From contig CAVNZM010000014.1 of NCBI GenBank assembly GCA_963693365.1, positions 4,588,001-4,652,000 on the forward strand: a stretch of 64,000 nucleotides of DNA. The letters are read 5' to 3'. This stretch comes from Amoebidium appalachense (taxonomy: Eukaryota > Protista > Ichthyosporea). The position numbers and the translations under genes are program-made. This document shows, piece after piece, positions 28,986 through 41,907 of the stretch. The notes beneath the pieces are model-generated. The model made no database searches. It worked only from the letters and a program-made list of their open reading frames with translations, and was not told where the DNA came from. The first letter of the stretch is position 1. Each line of letters opens with the position of its first letter.

Positions 28986-29360
28986 ATTGTGTGTGTGCAT
29001 GTGTGTGTGTGTGTGTGTGTGTGATTGTGTGTGTGCGCCTGTGTAGGTGTGCATGTGTGGACTTCAAGGGATGGGGGGGGGGGGGGGGGGGAGAGGCCTG
29101 GGGGGGGGGGGGGGGGAGGGGGGGGGGGGGGGGGGGTACCATTCAATGTCCCGGGAACATAGGGGATGGGATCTACCAAATGTGCAAGATGTCGGAGAAT
29201 AAATGTCAATTTATTGATCATAAAGGTATACTCTGTATCATACTGTTTGAACATTGAAAAACAGTATCCGCTGCTAATCATATATACGGGGCCTGCTGGG
29301 TGGGTACAGGTTTCTACTAGAAAACACATCCATGTACACTGTACATGACACCAAACAGAC
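27690..29360. repeat. Diverged inverted repeat, arms ~27690-27790 and ~29265-29360
   Basis: GTCATGTAGAGTGTACATGGAT...GCAGGCCCTATATGTAACTAGCAGCAGATA matches the reverse complement of the second arm, GTCATGTACAGTGTACATGGAT...GCAGGCCCCGTATATATGATTAGCAGCGGATA. Confidence 0.7.
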
Positions 29361-29604
29361 ACACACACACACACACACACGTGCACAGAGAGATTGTGTG
29401 TAGGGGAGGGATTCTGGGATGAGAGCACGTGTCACCGTGTGTTAAAGGAGAAAGACCGGAAAGTGAGAAGGAAAAAGAAAAGAAGAAAAGGGAGCAAGAG
29501 GTAGAAATGTTTTAGTAACCCCAGGTCTAAATACGAACAAAGAAAAGAAGAAACACTTATCTAAAACACGAAATACACACCAGTGACCATGAACACAGGT
29601 GTAT

Positions 29605-29637
<33 letters not shown>

Positions 29638-29639
<2 letters not shown>

Positions 29640-29797
29640 ACGCAATTGATGACTTGGGCCCTCCCTGAGGATGGGCTCTGCTTATGACACATACTGTGCG
29701 CATGGATGATGTTGCATACTTGAATGTTTGCCTTTGCATGTGTCCTGCACCATGCTTCTCATCGTGTATGCGTACTTCGTACCGTGTTCCGCATTCA

Positions 29798-29800
<3 letters not shown>
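29638..29800 (+). mobile_element. Poly(C)-associated element, subfamily A, more 5'-truncated
   Basis: poly-C | AAACGCAATTGATGACTTGGGCCCTCCCTGAGGATGGGCTC...GCATTCAAAC | poly-C of about 50 nt. It is the only copy not inside an annotated gene. Confidence 0.9.
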
Positions 29801-29855
<55 letters not shown>

Positions 29856-30000
29856 GGGCCCCCTTTCCTCTTTCAAATCCATATATCCATATATACCTAT
29901 TTCAACGATTCAACACAAACTCTACTGTTTGTGTCGCGTTTGGCCGGCTACCATTGTGCTACATAGTGGTATGTAGTGACACGGCCATTGTTCATGCACA

Positions 30001-30057
<57 letters not shown>

Positions 30058-30110
30058 GAAAAAAAGAAAAAAAAAGTTAGTGACAAGGCCATTGTTCATA
30101 CACCACCACC

Positions 30111-30141
<31 letters not shown>

Positions 30142-30430
30142 AAAGGTGAGATTATATAATTTGAAGTCAAACTTTAAAAACCATCAGACAGAACCATATT
30201 TTCCAAAGAATATCACCATTAACTTATACACCACACCTGCGGCAACGGAATGACGGAAGAACCGACAACCTGACACTACCGTAACGGCCTTTGCTCGTGC
30301 CGACCATAACGTCGATACACCCAGCCACTGCCTTTAGGTCTGGACCTACAAGGTTAATTGTAAGTCAATGCACAGCAGGTTGCATTTGTGGGGTGGGGTG
30401 GGTGGGTGATGGGGTCGGTGGGTTGGGGGG

Positions 30431-30620
30431 AACGGATGTATGCGTTAAAGGGCTGGAAATATGGAGGAGACACCGGGGGGGGGGGGGAGGGGGGGGGAGA
30501 GAGAGAGGGGGGGGGGGGGGGGGGGGGGGGGGGGAGGGGAAGGGGGGGGGGGGGGGGGGGGGGAGGCATTGCATTAGGGGGTTGGAATAAATGGAAGTGA
30601 AGACATCAAAAGACAAAACA
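30431..30620 (-). repeat. Two stubs of the second poly(C)-bounded repeat family
   Basis: Reverse complements read GTCTCCTCCATATTTCCAGCCCTTTAACGCATACATC and TTCCATTTATTCCAACCCCCTAATGCA, each followed by a C-run. Confidence 0.55.
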
Positions 30621-31091
30621 CAAACCATCACAACAACAACGGCGGGGGAAAAAAGAAAAAAAAAAGAGGCATGCAAGAGACACTTGAACAGTGCCCATCA
30701 CCAGGGGAGTTGTCTGGCCTCAACAGCAGGACAGGTTTCGATTCTTAAACCTCTGATGCGTGGTCTTCAAGTGGGGGTTTGTTAGGGGCAGAGGGACGGG
30801 TGGTGGGCGGGTGGGTGGGTATGTGTGTGTGTGTGTGCACGCACGCTGTGTGTGTGTGTGAGTGGAAGGGGGCGGGTGGCGGGAGGGGGGGGGGGGGGGG
30901 ATAAGATAATTGGTAAGAATAGGACGAGAGGGAGGGAATGTGGAGGACAGAGACAGGCGCAGGATGGGCTGAGAGAGAAAGAGAGGGGGGGGCGGGGGAG
31001 GGGGGGGGGGGGGGGGGGGTACCGGTGGGGGTGGGGGGAGGGGGGTGAAAGGGAACGATTTGGAGTGAGGGAGGGCAAGGGGAGGGTGTGT

Positions 31092-31142
<51 letters not shown>

Positions 31143-31820
31143 GAAAAGAGGGAATCCTGAGTGAAGGAGAGAGGGAGGAAAGTGGAAGCAGAGGGTGAGC
31201 AGGTGTGGATGGAGGGAGAGTGACGGAGTGGGAGAATCCATCAGAGGACAGACAGAGGGAGAGAGACTACCTATGGCTTGTGACCGGAAAGCATCTGTTG
31301 GGACAAGAACAACAAACTTGAATGGTAAGGAAGCGGGGAAAGGGGGGGGGGGGGGGAGCAGTTGCCGTGTGATGTTGTGCATCAGAGAGAGGCGGAGCTC
31401 ACTCACACGTATGTACTGATAGCAAAAGTGCAGTGTTCAAAGTTCGTGCCACACATTGCATGGTCCCGGTGTGCATCCCATCACTTTATGTGTCTGTGCC
31501 TGCCTGTGTGTTTGTGTGTGCCATGCATATGGAATGGACTGAGGTGCCAACGCCCGTCCTTAGCTTTATAAACCAATACTGCTATTCTCTTCGAAACACA
31601 TGCCTTGCTGTGTGGGTGCCCCAATTGGCAAGCAGGCGAGAGGCAAGGGGAAGGGCACCCAGCCAGATTTTAAACAAAAAAACAGAACCCCGAAAAAGAA
31701 AAAAAAACAAGGAAAAACCAAAAAAAACAAGAGAGTATGCACCCTAAATAGAGCCGATCCCACGGGAGGAGGAGGAGAAGGGGGGGGAAGGGGGGGGGGG
31801 GGGGGAGGGGGGAGGGGTGT

Positions 31821-31851
<31 letters not shown>

Positions 31852-31876
31852 GGGAGGGGTGGTTGGCCAAACTCAC

Positions 31877-33523
31877 CACTTTTACACTGCGCTGCAGGTG
31901 TGTGACGTCCCACGGACACCCATACGGCAGCTCCAGCCGGCGCAGAGTGGGATGGTCCGCCAGACAGCAAATCGTTCACTTTGGGCAACCACCTAAGGCT
32001 CAGGCTGGTGAGGTTTGTGCACTGGGATAGTGCCTCGATATCGACAAGGTTGGGACAAAGGCGCACTGAAAGGGTTTCCAACGGTAGGCCGACCAACGGG
32101 GCAAGGGTGGTGACGCCTTTCAAAAATACCAACTCCTCAGTGAGAGTTTGGCTAGCTGTGTGCACGTGCCCAGCAAATCGATGTTGTCTAACTCTGCTAT
32201 AACATTATCCAGAACAAGGGATCGGATAACGCTGTTGGGGCAAGGCGCCCCAAGATTGGCGATGTCTAGTTTCTTCACTTGCAGGTACGGATAGTCGGCG
32301 AGAGACAACTGAAACGATTTGTAGTCACAGTTGTTAAGTGAAATGCCGGTCAGGTTGGTAGCGCCCATCGCCGTAAGCTCCGGCATTTGGGCGCGCCAAC
32401 TGTGACTCAAGCGCAGTGCACGAAGTGTGCAGGCCGACCCGCCCAAGAAACGAACATCCGATGCGTGCTCCGGCACAACGGCCTTATGATACGACAAAAA
32501 CACCTCGGTGAGACCCACACAGTCACCCGTCACCCCAGACACTCCCCGCATCTCCAAGACACGTAGGTTCGGAAGGGCCGGAAGCCGTACGACTGCGGAT
32601 GCCCAATCTTCATCGTCTTCATCGCCTTCTTCGTCTTCTTTGCCTTCGCCGCCCGCATCCACACAAAGGCGACGTAGGTGTGGACATGCCGCCAGGGGCG
32701 ACAAATCCAAAAGGGGGACGTCCAGGCCGGACAGTTTCAATACGCGTAGGTTGGTGGCCATGCCGATGAACGCTACTCCGTCTCCGTAAAGATTCTCTCC
32801 ACCGACCACCAACTCACGAATCGCCGGTGCACACTGCAGGACTGATGTTACGGCAGCAAACGAGGGGCCTTCCACAACTATCACGGCCTTGTGTAGCATC
32901 GCCTTGTGCCCGTGGACCGATGTGGGCCAAGCAAGCCCAGTGACACTCAACCGGTGGAAATGGGGCAACGCTCCCACAAAAACGAAACCAGCACCGCTTC
33001 GCCGGCCACATCTCTGGAGACGTGTGCGTCCAGGCTGGGTAGAACTATGGCAATTTCTTCCAACTGCTTTCCCCTGTTCATAACAACTGAGCGCAGCAAT
33101 GCTTGCAAACTCGGAATGTAGTCTCTGCTGCTGAGATGTTTGTACGTTACCATCAGGGTCTTCAAGTTTGGCGACAACATGGCAAGGGCAAACACGGTGC
33201 TCCGAAACCCACTTGCTGATTCATCCTTGCGCTTCACTGAGGCAACATGGACGTTCACACCGGTAATTGCTTTTGCCCATGCGTGAATAAAACAACGTAA
33301 AGGCACATGATCGCGTTTCTGACAGTGAAGAGTCCGTCTGTAACACTCTGTCACCGTTAGGAAAGCGTACTGTGAGGGGACCCGAGTGGATGCTGCGCGC
33401 AATGTCGCATCGGGCGTGGCATGTTGCCGAAACCGAGCACCGGTCCTTGGTGGGCAGGTGGCGGACAATGCCCCCAAGCAGCTCTGTGGGCAGCAGAGAC
33501 AGCAGGCAGGCTGGGGGGAGGGG

Positions 33524-33555
<32 letters not shown>

Positions 33556-34115
33556 AGGGGGTAGTGGTCAAAAAACAGTGGTACTTCTTCCAATGTGGTG
33601 GCCTCACAGAGAGTCTCTTGAACGTTATATCCATATGCCCGTCACTTTCACCTAAAACTCTTTCCTGGTCAAGACCCACGTACTACCGGTTCAAATAATT
33701 CAAACAACACATACGTAGTACAACACTTCCTGACTCAACTCCATCTTTCTCCGGTGCCACCCCGTTTCTCTCACATGCCATTCTGCCTCTTGGTATTCAC
33801 ACCCACTTATACTTTCTCGCTTCTTATTCATGGAACACCCCCCTTCCGTCCCTCCCCTTCCCCTCCCCCCCCCCCTCTTTACCTCCCGAGTGATTTTACC
33901 TACACTGCATGCTCCCCCTCCACCTTCCTTCCCCATTCCGTCCACGAGGATACTAATTGCTGCTGCGCTTCAACCCATTATCCGATAACCCAGAAATTTT
34001 TGCTCCGTTAAAAAGCGTCCTCTCCCCTAAATGCCCTGCAACTTGAGTGACAGAATGAAACGAACAGAGGACTCAGGAGAGTAAAGGAAAAGGGGGGGGG
34101 GGGGGGGGGGGGGGG

Positions 34116-34157
<42 letters not shown>

Positions 34158-34516
34158 AGGAGCGAGAATGTTATGGAGAGCAGGCGGGTGGGTGGGTGGA
34201 TGGAACGAGGAAGCGAGAGAGTGAGGAAGGGAGGGAAGAGGGGAGGAGAGAGAATAAGGGGGGAAGGTAAGGGAGGAGGGAGAGAGTGCGGGAAAGAGAA
34301 AGAGAAAAAAAACGCAAAAAGCATTCAGCGAAGAGAGAACGACAGGTGGGAGGGGGGAGGGGGTTGGAAACGGCGAAGGGGTTAGGGAAGCAGAGGGGTA
34401 GGGGGAGGGGAGGGGGTAAAGGGGGGGGGAGGGGGGGGGGGGGGGGGGGAGGGCACACCTTTGCTGCTGTCAGCCGGCTCTACGTATACGACTCTGTGCT
34501 GCGCGTGTGAAGCCAT
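31877..34516 (-). pseudogene. F-box/leucine-rich-repeat protein, copy 2, frameshifted
   Basis: Exon 1 is 34459-34516 (MASHAQHRVVYVEPADSSK), with an intron at the same position and phase as copy 1, and exon 2 is 33510-31877. It has LLPTELLGGIVRHLPTKDRCSVSATC and LRRs (LPALPNLRVLEMRGV; LETLSVRLCPNLVDIEALSQCTNLTSLSL). Frameshifts occur near 33290, 32965, 32165 and 31965. Confidence 0.75.
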
Positions 34517-35236
34517 GATGTGATGCCAGTGTCCAACCACCAAGGTCATTGTAAGCACGAGAGAAAGAACAGGGAGGCTAATTATTAGGTAAATGCACCG
34601 GCCTCCGTCTGTTTTGCTTGTCAGAACCAGACATCGTTTTCACATCTTCTCACCTTGAGAAGAAAAAAAACTTGCTCTTGCTGACTCGATCGGGCCTCGG
34701 AGCAGCTCAGTCCCTCAAACCTCCTACAATGGGCGCCAGGTTGAGCAAATGGCACCATTCTTAATATTTAATTTTTTAATTAAAAGCCATGGATTCCAAC
34801 ACAAGAAACCTCATTAGAAGATATTTACTGCATCAATTAATATATAATATAAGTTATATGAGATAAAATATTAACAGTATTCAACGTCTAAATGCAATAG
34901 CTTCGTTGTAGTCGTACGAAACTCAAAGAATGAGCCAGCATGACCCACAGAAGAGATGAGGTATTGGGGGAACTATGTGGTGCCGCATTAGCCAATCGTA
35001 TCAATGCGTGACGTAAGCATCGCATGAGCCTCATGAAGCGAAGCAAGTTTTGTCTCTTCAACTTGTGTTTTTTTGGGCGTGTTTTGGGCTCTGTGGCAGA
35101 ATTGGGTTGTTGTGGATTACACCTGCTTGCTAGCTTTTTGCTCGATCTTTCTCTCTCATTTACGCGTCGGCGGTAAATAGCTACATGTTACGGAATTGCC
35201 GTTGCTGCTGAAGTTTTGAGCAAGGCGCTTGCGAAA
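34517..35236. promoter_or_regulatory. Probable bidirectional promoter between F-box copy 2 (-) and DnaJ (+)
   Basis: Divergent ATGs about 720 bp apart with an AT-rich core and no C/G runs. CCAAT (~34992) and TGACGT (~35009) motifs lie upstream of DnaJ. Confidence 0.5.
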
Positions 35237-35577
35237 ATGCAGTTTTCCAGAAACTTGCTATCTAACGCACACGGCTTCAACATCATCTCGCCGTTAGCTC
35301 ATGCCGCACGGGTCAGGGCTCCACTTGTTGTTCCTGTTAGGTGGGTGAGTGAAAATAGGCGGCTGTACGGCATTTTGGGCCTTACCCCGAAGGCCACAAA
35401 CGCGGAAATAAAGAGAGCATACGTAGAGCTTTCAAAAGAGCACCACCCAGACAAGAACGATGGTAAGTCGTTTTCTCGTGGTGTATGACTTAAATCCGGC
35501 TTTCAGTTCGTCGTTTTTTTTTGCGTGTGTGTGCGTGTGCGTGTGCGTGTGCGTGTGCGTGTGCGTGTGCGTGCGTG

Positions 35578-35622
<45 letters not shown>

Positions 35623-35712
35623 GTGTGTGTGTGTGTCTGCGCGCGCGCGTGTGTGCGTGAGTGTGTGCGTGCTTCTCTCTAACTCACACACACACTCTCT
35701 CTCTCTTTCTGC

Positions 35713-35784
<72 letters not shown>

Positions 35785-36173
35785 TGTGTGTTTGTGTGTG
35801 TGTGTGTGTGTGTGCGTGCGTGTGTGTGCACGTGTGTGTGAGTGTGTGTGTGTGTGTGTGAACGAGAAAACAAAGATCTTCGACTTTGGAGGTAGACTAC
35901 TGCTTCTAATTTCCCCCTATTGGCTTTTACATTTTTTTCAAAAGTCACTTCTCTGCTCCCTTCCAGCTTGAAATTCCCCCGTCGTATATACGCGGGCTAA
36001 GGGGTCGAAACTCAGACGCAATTGATGACTTGGGTCCTCCCTGAGGATGGGCTCTGCTTATGACGCATACTGTGCACATGGCTGATGTTGCATACTTGAA
36101 TGTTTGCCTTTGCATGTGTCCTGCACCATGCTTCTCGTCGTGTATGCGTACTTCGTACCGTGTTCCGCATTCA

Positions 36174-36220
<47 letters not shown>

Positions 36221-36956
36221 CCCCCCCCCCTCCCCCCCCCCCCCAAAGCGAAAAAAGGAAAAAAATTTAACAAGAAAGAAACGACCATGTTACAGTTCTT
36301 CTTTTGTTGTTTATTGGTCTTGAGTATTTTCTATCTCGTCTCCCTCCTCTCTCTTCCGCCGTCATGCATCCAGGACACATACGCACTCGTTCAAGCTTCC
36401 GCCGGCAGATTCGCTCACTGTCCTTGATCTGTTTTCAGCAGCAAGCTTGGTATCCTTTCTTTCTGTTCTTCCCCCCTCCCCCCCCCCCCCCCCCCCCCTC
36501 TCTATTCTCTTTTCTCCTTCTTCTTCTCCCCCCACCCCCTCCCCCCACCCCTCTCCCCTAAAAACCTCCTCAACCACCACCACCACCACCATCAATAAGC
36601 AGCATGTGATCTGAATTTTGACTGCAAGTGCTTTGGCGCAAACAGGCAGCCTGGAGTCACATGATCGGTTTAGTGAGATCAGTGAGGCATACAACATCCT
36701 TGGCAACTACGAGACAAGGAGGAGATACGACCACGCTATGGGTTTGCCCCCCCCCCCCCCCCCCCCCCCCCCCTCCCCCCGCCCCTGCCTGCCCACCCGC
36801 CCGCCTGCCGGCCCTTAATTAACCCTTCCTGTGAAGAACTCGTAACATACTTGTCGTCACAACCCCCACACCCACCTATTTGAGTGCCTGGGACCTGCTC
36901 ATGCAGACGGATATGGGCATGAGGGCACACACACACACACACACACATACACACAC

Positions 36957-37013
<57 letters not shown>

Positions 37014-37135
37014 GCCAGCCCACGCACACACCCGCATGGCACATATCCCAATCAGAAATCCCCACAGGGAACTCTTTAATATAGGCCACCTCACATGCCT
37101 TTCTTGCCTCCCCCCCCCCCCCCCCCTCTCCCCCC

Positions 37136-37166
<31 letters not shown>

Positions 37167-37599
37167 CCCATACCCTAATCCTTGCGCCACCTCTCCGGAA
37201 CCGCGGATGACTAGCCGTCCCTTTTGGGGTGGGGAGGGGGGTGGGGAGGGGGGCTACGTATGATGCACTCTCTTTGTGTATGTGTTGGCAAGTATGCATT
37301 GTGTTGTCCGTCTCGAATCTGTTCTTCGTACCCTGTAACATATCCCCCCCCCCCCCCCCCCCCCCCTCCCCTCCCCCGAGCGCCCCCCTCCCCCCCCCCC
37401 CCTCCCCCCCGCCGGAGGCTAAGGGGTCGAAACTCAGATGCAATTTATTTGATGGCTTGGGCCCTTTCTGAGAATGTGCTCTGCTTAAGTTGCATACTGC
37501 CACACGTTGCTGATGTTGCACATATATAAGTGTTTGCCTTTACATGTGTCCTGCGCCGTGTTTTTCATCGTTGTTGTGCTTCGTACCGGGTTCTGCATC

Positions 37600-37635
<36 letters not shown>

Positions 37636-39016
37636 CCCCCTCCCCTCCACCCCTCCTCCCCAATCCCTTCACCCCCCCCCCACCCTACACCCCCCATTCC
37701 CAACCCCCAAATCTGCCCCCCCTCCCCCCCCCCCTTTCTCTTTGTTTGCGAACCTTCTCCCTTTCCGTTTTTTTCTAGCATTTTCCCTGACGTTGCATTT
37801 TCACAGGGCACGGTGTGGCCGTTGCAGCAGACCCCAATCGTGTGGGCAAGAGGATGGACGTGCAGTTCAACTTTGACGAGCATGCCAGGAGGCACTACGA
37901 GAGGAGAAAGCAGCAGCAGGCATCCGCAAAGGTGGGAAATATGTTGGGAATATGTTCCTTTTTTCTCTCTCTCTGCCCTTTCTCTGGTTGGTGTTTCTCT
38001 CTCCGTGTGTGTGTGTGTGCGTATGTGTGTCTTTTTCTTTCTATGTGAGTGTCACGCACACACACATATGCACGCGTGCAGGTGCACGCGCGCGCACACA
38101 CGCACGGGTGTAGGCGCGCGCTCGCGCTCACACACACACTCCCCCTCCCTCCCTCCCCCCTCCCCCCCCCCCCCTTCCATACACAGAGAGGGAGAAAAAA
38201 AGAGAACACATTTATGTGTGCATATGTAAGTGCAACGTATTGCTGATCGTTGTTTCTTGGGGACAATGTCGTGTGTATCTCGGTTACCGAGGTGTACAAA
38301 TCATGCTCGTAGCTGGGAGATTCGGTATAAGTCCATGTTTTTCGGTGTACAATTCAATGCAAATCCTATTCGGTACGACTCCTCCTTTTTCGACATACGT
38401 AGATCGATGCAGTACCTTTCAAATAGCCATCCGAAACACACACGCATACACGTTCAATGTTGACCCCTTTTTTAAAATTCCTATTTACCCTCACCCCACA
38501 TGCACTGACAACGTAATATCCTACACGCATCGCTTGATCCCCCGCTTGCGCTGACCACGCGATTTCCCTGTTTTCCTGCATCCACTGACACGCGATTTTC
38601 TTGTTTTCCCGCACTCTGTGATTTTCTTGTTTTCCCGTACTCTGACTATGCAATTTCTTGTTTTCACGCACTCTGACCACGTGCTTTTCTTGTTTCCACG
38701 CACTCTGACCACGTGATTTTCTTGTTTTCCCGCACGCTAACCACGTGATTTTCTTGTTTTCACGCACTCTGACCGCGTGATTTCCCTGTTTTCTTGCGCT
38801 CTAACCATGTGATTTCCCGCGCAGGACCGAGAAAAGCACGCCGAGGCCGAGTGGAACCAACGGCACAACCGGGCGATGATTCTGACGTCACTTGCGGTGG
38901 TTGTGATTGGCTGGTGGGTGCTGGTGGTCAGGCACCATGCAGACACCACTGGGAACAGGCGTAGGGGCATGTTTGCACGAAATAGGGAGGATGCACAGGC
39001 AAATACGGTTCAATAA
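35237..39016 (+). CDS. Mitochondrial-type J-domain protein with a C-terminal transmembrane helix (DNAJC30-like), 4 exons
   Basis: Exons 35237-35462 (presequence-like N-terminus; LYGILGLTPKATNAEIKRAYVELSKEHHPDKN with HPD motif), 36646-36741 ([21 protein letters not shown]), 37807-37931 (FNFDEHARRHYE) and 38825-39016 (MILTSLAVVVIGWWVLVV hydrophobic helix, TAA). Phases join. Confidence 0.85.
35981..36176 (+). mobile_element. Poly(C)-associated element, subfamily A
   Basis: CCCCC | GTCGTATATACGCGGGCTAAGGGGTCGAAAC...GCATTCAAAC | poly-C. It lies in DnaJ intron 1, sense. Confidence 0.9.
37204..37343 (+). mobile_element. Poly(C)-associated element, degraded subfamily C copy
   Basis: GGATGACTAG...GGGCTACGTATGATGCACTC...GCATTGTGTTGTCCGT...CTTCGTACCCTGTAACATAT then poly-C. 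Confidence 0.5.
37411..37600 (+). mobile_element. Poly(C)-associated element, older subfamily A copy
   Basis: poly-C | GCCGGAGGCTAAGGGGTCGAAACTCAGATGCAAT...CTTCGTACCGGGTTCTGCATCA | poly-C. It lies in DnaJ intron 2, sense. Confidence 0.8.
38551..38824 (+). repeat. ~32-bp tandem repeat (about 9 units) ending at the DnaJ exon 4 acceptor
   Basis: Consensus unit CTGACCACGTGATTTTCTTGTTTTCCCGCACT. The last unit ends CTAACCATGTGATTTCCCGCGCAG|exon. Confidence 0.85.
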
Positions 39017-39487
39017 TAATTTGATAATAACCATGTATGGGGCGGTATGAGGGGAACACATTGAGCGGTGGTTGGATGAAAGTCATAGGCAACCTTTGCT
39101 TTTTGCGGTGTAGATGGGGTTTGGAGATATCTTGCTCTTGCATAGCCTTTGTCTCTGCATGCACGTACCTCTATGAAGGTGCCCCGTTGGTGTTGGTTAC
39201 GTTGTGTTGCTTGGTGGTGTCCAAATCTCCCCCCCCCCTCCCCCCCCCCCCCCCCCCCCCCTCCCCCCCCCCCCCCCCCCCCTCCCTTCCCCCCCCCCTC
39301 TCTCCCCTGCGCCTCCCCGCCGCCACGTAGCCGGGCATATCGTGGTACTGCATCTGCACACACACATGCAGACACTCAGGCACGTTCTTATCCCTAACCG
39401 TTCCCCGGCCCTTTCTTTTGTGTTTGTGACTGTGTGCGCTGTATGTGTGCTTGTTTTTGCTTCGTTCTTCGTTCAAGGCTTTCCTTT

Positions 39488-39518
<31 letters not shown>

Positions 39519-39519
39519 G

Positions 39520-39565
<46 letters not shown>

Positions 39566-40122
39566 CTATTGGTATTGCATGTCTGGTCTGGTTTCAAGGC
39601 TTTGCAATAGATGTTTTCATGGTCATTAGAGATGAATCTATTTTTATAAGATGGCTGCGATGGAGGTCCATTTTGAATGAATTATGTTTTTGGCGGCTAA
39701 TCTAGGACAAAGGCCACACGTATGTGGATATTTTTTGGTTTGACTAGACTCTAATTGAGTAAAGATAAGTTGCCTACGATACGATGAAAGATTTTTCGAA
39801 CCTTTTTAGGTCGTGGATTATTATACTATTTGGTACGAAAGAGGCAGTTAGGCATGGTTCATGTGTTTGGTTTGATGCGCTGCAAACGCAGAAAACGTTG
39901 TGTTTGAGATTTTGCTTACTGATTGTATACGTAAAGCAAGTAGAAGTGTCCGTTCTACGGATTTGTTTGGCTCGTACCACAGTGTGGTACATTAGGGCGT
40001 AACTAAGCATTATATTTTAAAAAATCCTGATTCCCCAAAGCAATAATACATGTGCCGGTGGACGTGAACACCAATTTAAAGGAGGGAGGGTATGATTAAT
40101 TGTGCACTATAGCTATGCATGC

Positions 40123-40177
<55 letters not shown>

Positions 40178-41198
40178 ACGTACACACACGCGTGAGTACA
40201 CACACACACAAACAAACACACAAACACACATACACAGTCTGCACACAAACACACACACACACACACACTCACACACACACTCACCACTCACTCACGTCTT
40301 GCACACACACTTACTTGCGCTCGCGCGCACACACAGACACACACACACAAACACACAAACACACAAACACACAAACAAACACACACACACACACACGGCC
40401 GAGCCGCCCACCACCACTACATCATAGCACCGCCACAGGCACGGATATATGTACGCCCAATTGCTGACCGTACCTACCGCACACACACGCACGTGCATAA
40501 TTATACGGATACGACACACGGTACACATATTACGTCTTTTTCAACAGTTTTATAAAAACTTGAGTGTCATCTCGCTGCCGGGTCCGGATTAATTAATAGA
40601 CTGGGTACGAACTTCCAAACATGGAAACATATATGTATATATGGTGGGGGGGGGGGGGGGGGGGGGGGGATGGGCCGCAACCCAATACCCCCATTAGGAA
40701 AGGTGAGGGCCCCGGGGAAATCATATGCACGTGTAGGAGCAATTGCAAGGCCATTTGCCCAACCGTGGCCATGGTGTGCTGAAAACGGTAGCTGGCCATA
40801 GGGGCTCACGATTGGAATCGGCCTAGTGAACTCGATGCCATATGGTGGGCTGTACATGTGTGTGCGTACACATGTGGGTGGGTGGGTGGGGGGATCGATA
40901 GCGAAAGGGAGGAAGAGAGAGAGCGAGAGAGAAAGAGAGAGAGAAGGAAGGGGGGAGGGGGGAGGGGGGGAGGATTTGAACGCTCGCTTAGCAAATTACG
41001 TTGGCAAGATGTGCTACATGCATCATGAAATCGCGGCCGCCACTCTATGGCAGTTTCAGTCTATCGTGCATGATCCTTTCGAAAGATTCCGTGGGTCCTA
41101 TATGGACGTGTGTCGCATCAGATATCGATACGTACGTACAGGGCGCCATGTACGGTCATCTGCTGTGCTGGTGCGAGTGTGTGTACATGCATCAGTGT

Positions 41199-41229
<31 letters not shown>

Positions 41230-41587
41230 AGGGGGGGGAGGGGAGGGGAGGGGAGGGGAGGAGGGGGGAGGATTTTTTGGTGAGAAGGAGGTATCGTAAG
41301 CAAAGCAAAGCAAACAGTTGAACGCACACACTTGCTCTGTGATCACCAATATATATCTTTATATCGATTACGGCGCCTGCACCTTAAATTTAAGTGTTTC
41401 TCTACTGTCAACTAAACACGTGCATGCCTGCATGCCGTTATATTTACGTCGCTCTATAGCTAAATTACAGTGCCTTATTTAGGGCAGTATCAGCATGGGT
41501 ATACAACCATGAAAACTACAATTGATCGAATTGTTGCAAACGTGAGGTCTTCTTACTCAAAAAGTCAGGCGTGTGTCCCTAAATCAT

Positions 41588-41618
<31 letters not shown>

Positions 41619-41907
41619 CGTACACGTGTGTGCGTGCACGAGGATGAACGTGTATACGTGTGCGTGTGTGTGCTTGTGTATGCGCGGAACATGTGTGCAT
41701 GCGTGTATGTGCGTGCGTGTGCGAGTACGTGTGCGCTAACGCAACATCCAGTACCACCCAAGCACTATCTGCCATCAATTATGTATCCCAACCGTATGTA
41801 TTCTATACTTGATGTTTGCGTTTGTTATGATTGTGTGTGTGTGGGTGTGTCTGTGTATGTGTGTTTATGTAGGTGTACATCCCTATTCTCTATCCACCCA
41901 CCTACCC

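Noticed and set aside
38551-38824. CRISPR-like array
   Set aside because: The units are contiguous and degenerate with no unique spacers, the context is a eukaryotic intron, and there are no cas genes.
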